A stretch of DNA of 64,000 nucleotides. Origin: an uncultured Gammaproteobacteria bacterium (lineage in GTDB: Bacteria > Pseudomonadota > Gammaproteobacteria > Steroidobacterales > Rariloculaceae). Below the pieces are notes generated by a model, which saw only the letters and a program-made list of their open reading frames with translations, had not been told where the DNA came from and searched no databases. Positions 18,186-28,919 of this stretch are shown piece by piece. The translations under genes and the position numbers were made by a program. The stretch is from contig CAWAJM010000001.1 in NCBI GenBank assembly GCA_963782445.1, positions 1,822,224-1,886,223 on the forward strand, read 5' to 3'. The stretch's first letter is position 1, and each line of letters begins with the position of its first letter.

Positions 18186-21100
18186 ATGCGCCTGAGTAAG
18201 ATCAAGCTTGCGGGCTTCAAGTCTTTCGTCGACGCAACGACGATTACTTTCCCGAGCAATCTCATGGGCATTGTCGGGCCGAACGGTTGCGGCAAGTCCA
18301 ACGTCATCGACGCGATCCGCTGGGTGCTCGGCGAGAGCTCGGCCAAGACGCTGCGCGGCGATTCGATGACGGACGTCATCTTCAACGGCTCGAGCGGCCG
18401 CAAGCCTGTGAGCCAGGCCAGCATCGAGCTCGTATTCGACAATTCCGACGGCACTGTCACGGGCGCCTACGCGCAGTACGCGGAGATCGCAGTGAAGCGC
18501 GTTCTGACGCGCGACGGCAATTCGCAGTACTGGCTCAACGCCAGCCGCTGTCGCCGCAAGGACATCCTGCACATCCTGCTGGGCACCGGGCTCGGCACGA
18601 ACGGCTATTCGATCATCGAGCAGGGCATGATCTCGCGCATCGTAGAGGCCAAGCCCGACGAGCTGCGCGGCTTCCTCGAGGAGGCCGCCGGTATCTCGAA
18701 ATATAAAGAGCGGCGCCGCGAGACCGAGCACCGCATCCGGCACACGCGCGACAATCTCGAGCGCCTCGGCGACCTGCGCGAGGAGATCGAGAAGCAGCTC
18801 TCCCATCTGCAGAGGCAGGCTACGGCCGCGGCCAAGTACAAGGAGCTCAAGAGCGAGGAGCGGCGCGTGCATGCCGAGCTGCTGGCGCTGCGCCTGCGCG
18901 CGCTCGGGGCGGAGCTCGAGGCGCAGGAGGCCGTGCTGGCGGAAAAGAAGGCCGCGCTCGAGGCCGCGCTCGAAGGCCGGCGGGGCATGGAGCAGGAGTC
19001 CGAACGGCTGCGTGCGACGCTCGCCGAGCGAAACGAGGCGCTGAACGGCGTCCAAGGCGACTATTATCGAGTCGGCGCCGAGCTCGCCCGGCTCGAGCAG
19101 GCCATCCAGCACCGCAAGGACCTCATCAAGCGCCAGCGCGAAGATCTCGAGACGACAGAGCAGCAGCTCGAAGAGATTCGCTCCCACATTGCCAACGATG
19201 AGCTCGAGCTCGAGCAGCTCGACCACGCGCTCGAGGCGTTGAGCCCGGAGCTCGAGCAGGCCGTGGACAACCGGCAGGCGGCCGAGGCGTGTCTGGCCGA
19301 GGCCGAGGCGTCTATGGAGTCCTGGCGCGGGCGCTGGGAGCAGGTCGCGAGCCAGTTCTCGAACACGGAGAGCGCTGCGCGTGTCGAGGAGGCGAGGCTG
19401 GAGCAGCTCACGGCGCAACGCGATCGCTTGCAGCGCGATCTCGACAAGCAGGCCGCCGAGCGCGCGGGCATCGACCTCGAGGAGCCGGAGACACGCCTGG
19501 AGCAGCTGTTCGGCCAGGAGGAAGCGCTCAACGGCGCGTGCGCCGAAGCGGCGCGTTCGCTGGACGGCGTGTGGCAACGCATTCAGGAGCTGCGGGAGCA
19601 GGACAAGCGGATCTCTGCCGAGCTGCACGAGTTGCGCGAGATGCTGCAGAACGACCGCGGTCGGCTGGCGTCGCTCGAGGCGCTGCAGGAGGCGGCGCTC
19701 GGCGAGACCACGAAGCAGGTGGGCCGGTGGCTCGAAAGCGCCCCGCTCGCGGATCGCCGCAGCCTCGCCGAGCGGCTCGTCGTGGACGCCGGTTGGGACC
19801 GGGCGGTCGAAACGGTGCTCGGCAGCTATCTGCAGGCCGTCAGCGTCGATGCGCTCGAATCGGTGGCCGAGAGCCTCGGCGAGCTGACGGAGGGCGGGCT
19901 CGCACTGCTCGAGGAATCCGATGCGGCCGCCGCCCCGAGCTCGGCGGCCGCGGGTTGGCTCGTGGACCATGTCCGCGAGCCGGCATCGGCCAGGGGGCTG
20001 CTCCACGGTGTCCGCACCGCCGAGTCGCTGCAGGGTGCCGTCTCCATGCGCTCGCAGCTCGCTCCTGGCGAGTCGATCGTGACGCGCGACGGCTTTTGGA
20101 TCGGCCGCAACTGGCTGCGCATCAACCGCAGCGACGACCCGGAGGTCGGCGTCATCGTGCGCGGCGAGGAGATCGCGCGCCTCAGGGAGAAGATCGAGTC
20201 GACCGCGGCGCGCGTCGAGGACGTCGCGGAACGGCTGGCCGAGACGCGGGCGCACCTCGAGCAGCTCGAGGAGGCGCGCAAGGACGCTCAGAACGAATCG
20301 ACGCGGCGCCAGCAGCTTCATGCCGAAGCGAAAACGAAGCTCGAGTCCGCGCGCGCCGAGCTCGAACAGGTCCGCAACCGCGCGACGGGGCTCGACCGGT
20401 CCATCGAAGAGCTGCGCGCCGAGCGGCTCGCTGCCGAACAGAAGCTCGAAGAGAGCCAAATCCGGCGCGAGCAGGCGGCCACGCAGCAAGAGGAGCTCGC
20501 CGGCGTTCGCGAGCGGCTCGAGCACGAGCGCGATCATCATCAGTCCGTGCTGTCCGAGGCGCGTGCCCAGGCCGAGCACGACCGCCAGGCCGCCCACGAC
20601 CTCGCCCTCAAGGTCGAATCGCGCCGGCACTCGAAGGAGTCCGCCAGCGCCGCGCTCGCCCGCGTGCAGGCGCAGCAGCAGCATCTGCTGAAGCGCCGCG
20701 ACGAGCTGCGGAGCCGTCTCGAGGGGGCCGCGGAGCCACTGGCCGAAGACGAGGCGCGGCTCGGTACGCTCGCCCACGAGCGCGCGAACGTCGAGGCCCG
20801 CCTGGCCGAGGCCCGTGCAGCAGCCGAGCAGACCGATGCGGAGCTTCGCGAGCTCGAGCAGCGGCGCAGCCAGGCCCAGCAGGCCGTCGCCGAGGCTCGG
20901 GAGGCGGCCGACGCCGTTCGCCTGACGGTCCGCGAGGCGCAGGTTCGGTCCGAGACCGTCGCCGAACAGTTCCGGGAGACCGAATTCGAGCTCGCGCAGG
21001 TCTTGGCTGAGCTGCCCGAAGACGCCGAGGCGGGGCAATGGCACGAGTCGCTTGAGCGCCTCGAGCGGCGCATCCAGCGCCTCGGCGCCATCAACCTCGC

Positions 21101-21695
21101 GGCCATCGACGAGTTCGAGCAACAGTCCGAGCGCAAGAAATATCTCGACTCACAATTTGCCGATCTCACGGAAGCGCTCGAGACGCTCGAGAACGCCATC
21201 CGCAAGATCGACCGCGAAACGCGGACTCGCTTCAAGGACACGTTCGAGCGCGCGAACCAGGGGCTCCAGCGGCTGTTTCCGCGCCTTTTCGGGGGCGGTC
21301 ATGCCTATCTGGAGCTCGAGGGCGAAGACCTGCTCGAGGCCGGCGTCGCGATCATGGCGCGGCCGCCCGGCAAGCGGAACAGCACGATCCACCTGCTCTC
21401 GGGAGGGGAGAAGGCGCTGACGGCCGTCGCGCTCGTGTTCTCGATCTTCGAGCTGAACCCTGCGCCGTTCTGTCTCCTCGACGAGGTCGACGCGCCGCTC
21501 GACGATGCAAATGTCGGCCGGTTTTCGGACATCGTTCGCGAGATGTCCGATCAGGTCCAGTTCGTCATCATTACTCACAACAAGACGACGATGGAGACGA
21601 TGCATCAGTTGACGGGCGTCACGATGCACGAGCCCGGCGTGTCGCGTCTCGTCGCCGTCGATCTCGATGAGGCGGTGAAACTGGCCGCCATGTAA
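18186..21695 (+). CDS. smc: Chromosome partition protein Smc
   Basis: The 1169-aa protein has a Walker A motif (GPNGCGKSNV), long coiled coils, a hinge, the signature LSGGEKALTA and a Walker B motif (FCLLDEVDAPLD). Confidence 0.96.
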   Translation: MRLSKIKLAGFKSFVDATTITFPSNLMGIVGPNGCGKSNVIDAIRWVLGESSAKTLRGDSMTDVIFNGSSGRKPVSQASIELVFDNSDGTVTGAYAQYAEIAVKRVLTRDGNSQYWLNASRCRRKDILHILLGTGLGTNGYSIIEQGMISRIVEAKPDELRGFLEEAAGISKYKERRRETEHRIRHTRDNLERLGDLREEIEKQLSHLQRQATAAAKYKELKSEERRVHAELLALRLRALGAELEAQEAVLAEKKAALEAALEGRRGMEQESERLRATLAERNEALNGVQGDYYRVGAELARLEQAIQHRKDLIKRQREDLETTEQQLEEIRSHIANDELELEQLDHALEALSPELEQAVDNRQAAEACLAEAEASMESWRGRWEQVASQFSNTESAARVEEARLEQLTAQRDRLQRDLDKQAAERAGIDLEEPETRLEQLFGQEEALNGACAEAARSLDGVWQRIQELREQDKRISAELHELREMLQNDRGRLASLEALQEAALGETTKQVGRWLESAPLADRRSLAERLVVDAGWDRAVETVLGSYLQAVSVDALESVAESLGELTEGGLALLEESDAAAAPSSAAAGWLVDHVREPASARGLLHGVRTAESLQGAVSMRSQLAPGESIVTRDGFWIGRNWLRINRSDDPEVGVIVRGEEIARLREKIESTAARVEDVAERLAETRAHLEQLEEARKDAQNESTRRQQLHAEAKTKLESARAELEQVRNRATGLDRSIEELRAERLAAEQKLEESQIRREQAATQQEELAGVRERLEHERDHHQSVLSEARAQAEHDRQAAHDLALKVESRRHSKESASAALARVQAQQQHLLKRRDELRSRLEGAAEPLAEDEARLGTLAHERANVEARLAEARAAAEQTDAELRELEQRRSQAQQAVAEAREAADAVRLTVREAQVRSETVAEQFRETEFELAQVLAELPEDAEAGQWHESLERLERRIQRLGAINLAAIDEFEQQSERKKYLDSQFADLTEALETLENAIRKIDRETRTRFKDTFERANQGLQRLFPRLFGGGHAYLELEGEDLLEAGVAIMARPPGKRNSTIHLLSGGEKALTAVALVFSIFELNPAPFCLLDEVDAPLDDANVGRFSDIVREMSDQVQFVIITHNKTTMETMHQLTGVTMHEPGVSRLVAVDLDEAVKLAAM

Positions 21696-21706
21696 CGGCG
21701 ACGACG

Positions 21707-24534
<2,828 letters not shown>

Positions 24535-24536
24535 GT

Positions 24537-25376
24537 ATGCGTTCTGCGTTTCAGCAAGCTGTGCTCGCATCGCTCGCGGGCCTTCTGATGCCCGTCGCCC
24601 GGTTGATGCTGAGATGCGGCGTTGGCTGCCCCGAATTCGTGGCCGTCACCAAAGCAGTGTTCGTGCAGGTTGCGTCGGAGCAGTACGGCGTCAGAGGAAG
24701 GCCAGCCAATGCTTCTCGGGTCGCGGCGATTACGGGATTGTCACGAAAACAAGTCAGGCGGATAAAGGAAGTGGGGCCGGTAGCGCGCTGGACGCCCGAA
24801 ATGGAGTCCACCCCCGCTAATGTCGTCCTGCACTATTGGCACTTCGACCCCGAGTACTCGGAGGCGCCCGGACAACCGCGATGGCTTTCCCTTGAGGGAG
24901 AGAAGAGCTTCAGTACCCTAGTTCGCGACTACGCGGGAGATATCCCGCCGACCGCGATGCTGAAGGCGTTGATGAGAGTGGGCGCGATTAGACGGGACCG
25001 CGCGCAGCAACTCCTCCCGCAAGAACGGTATTTCTATCCAGCAGATTTTGACGAAGATTTTGTCCACAACGCTGCCTTTGCGCTCCGAAGCCTTGGCGAT
25101 ACGTTGGTCTATAACGCTACGATATGGGCTGCTGCCGACGGTGCGGGCGATCAGTGTGCGGCCGAGGAAAGCCGCTTCGAGCGCGTCGCATGGACTGACC
25201 GTTTCACTCCCGAGGTGACGGCAGCCTTCAAGGCCTGGGTTCGCGCGGAGGGTACGAAGTTCATAGAGGAAGCGGATGATTGGATCGGGAAGAACGAGGG
25301 GACGAAAGAACGGCCATTCCCCGGAGAGCCGAGGGCCGTTGGCGTTGGCCTGTATTATTTTGAGGAAGAACGATAA
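24537..25376 (+). CDS. Uncharacterised protein with a putative N-terminal HTH (island paralog A)
   Basis: The 279-aa protein starts 2 nt after the ligA stop. It is homologous along its length to ORF 27993..28829, with shared blocks P(L/V)(A/V)R, EF, VFV.VA, SR.A..TGLSRK.V.R.K, WH.DPEY, SF..LV....GD..P.A.L..LMRVGA, RFER and GVG.Y.F. Confidence 0.7.
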   Translation: MRSAFQQAVLASLAGLLMPVARLMLRCGVGCPEFVAVTKAVFVQVASEQYGVRGRPANASRVAAITGLSRKQVRRIKEVGPVARWTPEMESTPANVVLHYWHFDPEYSEAPGQPRWLSLEGEKSFSTLVRDYAGDIPPTAMLKALMRVGAIRRDRAQQLLPQERYFYPADFDEDFVHNAAFALRSLGDTLVYNATIWAAADGAGDQCAAEESRFERVAWTDRFTPEVTAAFKAWVRAEGTKFIEEADDWIGKNEGTKERPFPGEPRAVGVGLYYFEEER

Positions 25377-25927
25377 GAAGGCAAGTCTGCGCGTACTAGC
25401 CTGTACAGACGCGCGAAATTTTGGGTCGTTTGGTCAAAATGATCCTTAACGAAACGCATCCCAAGCTTTTCTAATACTCTGATACTTCTGGTATTTTCTT
25501 TGTAAACTAAACCAAAAATACGTTCGAGGGCGAGACCGTCGGCCGCGAACGCAATTGATACCAGCTCGCTGGCTGCCTCGAGAGCGAAACCGTATCCCCA
25601 TTCCGTTACCGCTAGCCCATATGTGACTTCGAACTCGTCGAAGTCGTTCATCCGCTCTATTCCGCACCAGCCTATCACTCTCCCACTAGCTCGATTCTCC
25701 ATGGCAAGGGCACCGAATCCCGTTGATTCAACCTTGTAAATCAACCGCTCAAGTGATCGACGGGACTCGGACCGGCTCTTCGTGCCTCCTGCATAGCGGT
25801 TGACGTCCTCATCGCGATGGAGCTCGAACAGTGCGTCAGCGTCTTCGATGCGGAATGCACGTATCAAAAGGCGCTGGCCACATATAGGTAGGAACTTAGT
25901 GAGCCCCGGGGAGTGTGGTGATTCCAA
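25355..25927 (-). CDS. GNAT family N-acetyltransferase (RimJ/RimL-like)
   Basis: LLIRAFRIEDADALFEL...IGWCGIER...EVTYGLAVTEWGYGFALEAA...N.RSIRVLEKLGMRF is the typical pattern. The gene has low GC, and its 3' end overlaps paralog A by 22 nt (convergent). Confidence 0.8.
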   Translation of the reverse strand: MESPHSPGLTKFLPICGQRLLIRAFRIEDADALFELHRDEDVNRYAGGTKSRSESRRSLERLIYKVESTGFGALAMENRASGRVIGWCGIERMNDFDEFEVTYGLAVTEWGYGFALEAASELVSIAFAADGLALERIFGLVYKENTRSIRVLEKLGMRFVKDHFDQTTQNFARLYRLVRADLPSYRSSSK

Positions 25928-26316
25928 AAATAGGTTCTCTGAAAAAACTCGTTTTAAAACAGTGTGTTATAGGTTATTGCCCGTGCAGAGGCACCATCGC
26001 ACGAGCGATCGAAATTGGTTACACCGGCAAAGAATCTCACAGTTTTTTTTTGACTTTCCATGAAGTAAGTCATGTTTCTTCTTGACGCAATCCCGAAATG
26101 CGACCAAAATCCCACCAAACAGAATTATGTACAGTTCGAAGGGCTTTTGTTAAAAGCCACGCGCGGTAGCTAAGAAGAATCCGCCAATCCGAACCAACAA
26201 AAATAAGTCCTATAACAGTGAACAGAAATAGCAAGGCGCTAGGGCAGATCTTGGGGATTGTCAAGAGACCTGTCTTAGCGGAGTCCGAGACTCTGGCAAC
26301 CTCCGGAGGGGTTCAC

Positions 26317-27831
26317 ATGCGCAAACTCCGCGTCGCTCCTGGCTCTGGTGCAGTGATGATGGCGGCCGTGGTGTCTTCCTTTTTTCTTCTTGTTGGCCCC
26401 TCGTACGGGGCGACCGGCAGTAGCGTTCAGGGTATCACGGGCAGCGGATCGCGCGGCATCACGGGCAGTGGATCGCGCGGCATCACAGGCAGTGGATCGC
26501 GCGGCATCACGGGCAGTGGATCGCGCGGCATCACGGGCAGTGGATCGCGCGGCATCACAGGCAGTGGATCGCGCGGCATCACGGGCAGTGGATCGCGCGG
26601 CATCACGGGCAGTGGATCGCGCGGCATCACAGGCAGTGGATCGCGCGGCATCACGGGCAGTGGATCGCGCGGCATCACGGGCAGTGGATCGCGCGGCATC
26701 ACAGGCAGTGGATCGCGCGGCATCACGGGCAGTGGATCGCGCGGCATCACGGGCAGTGGATCGCGCGGCATCACAGGCAGTGGATCGCGCGGCATCACGG
26801 GCAGTGGATCGCGCGGCATCACGGGCAGTGGATCGCGCGGCATCACAGGCAGTGGATCGCGCGGCATCACAGGCAGTGGATCAAGGGGCGCGACTGCCGC
26901 TGGGTCGGCGATTTTCCAGTCGATCGCTATGGGGCCAGTTGATGCGGTTGATTCGGCTGGCGGCGTTTCGATTATCTCCGTGCTAGGGCAGACCTTCGTT
27001 GCGCCTTCTGCCCAGATTTCGGGCCTTTCAGCCGGAGACTATGTCTTAGCTGCGGGCTCTGGTGATGGTGAGTTGTCTGTGCTTGTTCCTCTCGACGAGC
27101 CTTACGTTCCCGGAGCCTCTCCCGTCCTTATCCGAGGCTCCGTCAATTCAGTCAATGCCGACACGGGGCAGATGTCCGTCGGTCTTGCCTCGGTTGACTT
27201 CACGGGAGAGTTGGCCACTGACGCGTCGTTTTCCCCGACCCCTGGACAATTGGTTGAGGTCGGCGGAATTCAGCCTGCAGCTGGTGGTGTGGTTCTTGCG
27301 GGAATCACGGGTAGCGGATCCCGAGGCATTACTGGCAGCGGTTCTCGCGGGATCACGGGCAGCGGTTCTCGCGGGATCACGGGCAGCGGTTCTCGCGGGA
27401 TCACGGGCAGCGGTTCTCGCGGGATCACGGGCAGCGGTTCTCGCGGGATCACGGGCAGCGGTTCGCGAGGCATTACTGGCAGCGGCTCCCGCGGCATCAC
27501 GGGCAGTGGCGTGCGAGGGATTACTGGCAGTGGCCTCCGTGGTATCACGGGCAGCGGTTCGCGAGGTATTACTGGCAGCGGCTCCCGAGGCATCACGGGC
27601 AGTGGCCTGCGAGGTATTACCGGCAGTGGTCTCCGTGGTATCACGGGCAGCGGTTCGCGGGGAATTACCGGTAGCGGGTCTCGCGGCATCACGGGCAGCG
27701 GTTCACGGGGAATTACCGGTAGCGGGTCTCGCGGCATCACGGGTAGTGGCTTGCGAGGGGTTACTGGCAGCGGTCTTCGTGGTATCACTGGTAGCGGGTC
27801 ACGCGGGATAACCGGCAGCGGATCGCGCTGA
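26317..27831 (+). CDS. Secreted octapeptide-repeat protein: 19 x GITGSGSR, a 138-aa core, then 22 x GITGSG(S/L/V)R
   Basis: GGAGGGG lies 5 nt upstream of the ATG at 26317. The signal peptide is MRKLRVAPGSGAVMMAAVVSSFFLLVGPSYG/A. Repeats account for 328 of the 504 residues. Synonymous codon variation among the units of the second array supports translation in this frame. Confidence 0.78.
   Translation: MRKLRVAPGSGAVMMAAVVSSFFLLVGPSYGATGSSVQGITGSGSRGITGSGSRGITGSGSRGITGSGSRGITGSGSRGITGSGSRGITGSGSRGITGSGSRGITGSGSRGITGSGSRGITGSGSRGITGSGSRGITGSGSRGITGSGSRGITGSGSRGITGSGSRGITGSGSRGITGSGSRGITGSGSRGATAAGSAIFQSIAMGPVDAVDSAGGVSIISVLGQTFVAPSAQISGLSAGDYVLAAGSGDGELSVLVPLDEPYVPGASPVLIRGSVNSVNADTGQMSVGLASVDFTGELATDASFSPTPGQLVEVGGIQPAAGGVVLAGITGSGSRGITGSGSRGITGSGSRGITGSGSRGITGSGSRGITGSGSRGITGSGSRGITGSGSRGITGSGVRGITGSGLRGITGSGSRGITGSGSRGITGSGLRGITGSGLRGITGSGSRGITGSGSRGITGSGSRGITGSGSRGITGSGLRGVTGSGLRGITGSGSRGITGSGSR
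26431..26886 (+). repeat. Near-perfect tandem array, 19 x 24 bp, with a 72-bp higher-order period
   Basis: Units GGCATCAC(G/A)GGCAGTGGATCGCGC run head to tail. The Thr codon alternates acg-acg-aca six times. Confidence 0.97.
27301..27828 (+). repeat. Diverged tandem array, 22 x 24 bp, encoding the same octapeptide
   Basis: The units differ mostly at synonymous positions. Six units carry S to L or S to V at position 7, and one of these also carries I to V at position 2. Confidence 0.95.
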
Positions 27832-27867
27832 CGTTAACGTTCCATTCGCGTCGTCCCTTCACAAGCG

Positions 27868-27916
27868 GGGCGAGGCCTAACGGCGATCGTGTCGTTGGGC
27901 CTCGCCCTTTTTGTTG
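27868..27916 (+). terminator. Intrinsic terminator of the repeat-protein gene
   Basis: GGGCGAGGCC, a 20-nt loop and GGCCTCGCCC form a perfect 10-bp stem, followed by TTTTTGTTG. Confidence 0.7.
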
Positions 27917-27992
27917 TCTGTTTGATCCCCTCAAGTCGAAAGAACGACGCGTTTAATTGCGGGCGCGATTCTTGGTGTGATAACTAGAGCCG

Positions 27993-28829
27993 ATGGGAGA
28001 ATCTGTACGAATCGGCCTTCTGTCCGCCTTCCGCCGGCTAATGCAGCCGTTAGTTCGTATTCTCGTGCGTAATGGTGTTTCGTACCAAGAGTTCGCGGAA
28101 CTTTTGAAGAGCGTCTTCGTGGAAGTAGCGGAACGTGACTTCACCATTGCGGGACGCAAGTCCTCGCAATCCCGAATTGCCATACTGACTGGGTTAAGCC
28201 GAAAGGAAGTCTCGAGGCAGAAGGCAATACTAGCTGGTGGCGGGCCAATTGACGCTACCAGCAACCTTAATGGAATTACCCGACTGCTGGTCGGATGGCA
28301 TTCCGACCCGGAGTACACAGGGCCTTATGGAATGCCAATTGAAGTACCTTTCGAATCGGCTGGTGGTCCCAGTTTCACTCAACTCGTCAAGCGCCATAGT
28401 GGCGACATGGCGCCGAGGGCCGTCCTTGACGAGCTGATGAGGGTCGGTGCTGTCGACGAGTTGGGCAATGGCTTGCTTCGCGTGCTTACCCTCGCCTACA
28501 TCCCGCAACGCTTGAACCCGGACGCGCTTGAGCGCTTTGGGGAGGTAGTAAGAAATTTCATATGCACATACGAATACAACATGGAACGGCCGCCTTCAGC
28601 GTCGGGTGCTGGTCGCTTCGAACGAATCGTTTTTCCGGACGATGGGCTGCGCCCGAGTCTGATGCCGGCTTTCGAGAAGCTGATTAGGACCAAAGGCCAG
28701 CAGCTACTTGTCGAACTGCTCAATTGGCTAAATGCACAGGAAATTTCCCAAGATGCTAAGCCGAGCGACAGCACAAGAATTAATACGGGCGTTGGCATCT
28801 ACCACTTTATCGATGACGGATCGGAATAG
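27993..28829 (+). CDS. Uncharacterised protein with a putative N-terminal HTH (island paralog B)
   Basis: The 278-aa protein is homologous to ORF 24537..25376 (see that entry) and has low GC. Confidence 0.7.
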   Translation: MGESVRIGLLSAFRRLMQPLVRILVRNGVSYQEFAELLKSVFVEVAERDFTIAGRKSSQSRIAILTGLSRKEVSRQKAILAGGGPIDATSNLNGITRLLVGWHSDPEYTGPYGMPIEVPFESAGGPSFTQLVKRHSGDMAPRAVLDELMRVGAVDELGNGLLRVLTLAYIPQRLNPDALERFGEVVRNFICTYEYNMERPPSASGAGRFERIVFPDDGLRPSLMPAFEKLIRTKGQQLLVELLNWLNAQEISQDAKPSDSTRINTGVGIYHFIDDGSE

Positions 28830-28919
28830 CTCGGGAGCCCCGCGCTCGAAATCTATCTTCGCGATGCCAAGCGCGCTAGCGCCACATTGCCGCTTCGGCC
28901 ACGACTCGGTGTCGTTCCG

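Noticed and set aside
18120-21122. Very long ORFs antisense or out of frame to real genes. Examples are 18120..21122 (-) opposite smc, 38735..41377 (-) opposite gyrA, 46990..48657 (-) opposite rpsA, 884..2317 (-), 8682..10325 (-), 10437..11873 (-), 13267..14730 (-) and 61095..62762 (-).
   Set aside because: High GC suppresses stop codons in every frame. The translations are Arg/Ala/Pro/Gly-rich with no recognisable motifs. The opposite or alternative frame encodes a clearly conserved protein in each case.
24537-25927. The GNAT acetyltransferase plus the adjacent HTH-like protein as a GNAT-type toxin-antitoxin pair.
   Set aside because: The GNAT is RimJ/RimL-like rather than TacT/AtaT-like. 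The genes are convergent and overlap at their 3' ends rather than forming an operon. The partner is about 280 aa, far larger than the known antitoxins.
26070-26264. A 64-aa single-TM ORF on the minus strand in the AT-rich gap between the GNAT gene and the repeat-protein gene.
   Set aside because: It has a TTG start with no SD and lies in an AT-rich region where random ORFs are easy to find. I cannot exclude a small membrane protein, but the support is too weak to call it.
26427-27788. Minus-strand ORFs across the repeat arrays (MPRDPLPV... repeats), and alternative plus-strand frames (AASRAVDR... repeats).
   Set aside because: All frames stay open across a 24-bp repeat. Only the GITGSGSR frame has an SD, a signal peptide, a non-repeat core and a terminator. 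Variation between units is synonymous in that frame only.
26431-27828. Whether the 24-bp repeats are a CRISPR array or a non-coding satellite.
   Set aside because: The units are contiguous with no spacers and stay in frame with a signal-peptide ORF. The unit length is below that of typical CRISPR repeat-plus-spacer units, and there are no cas genes.
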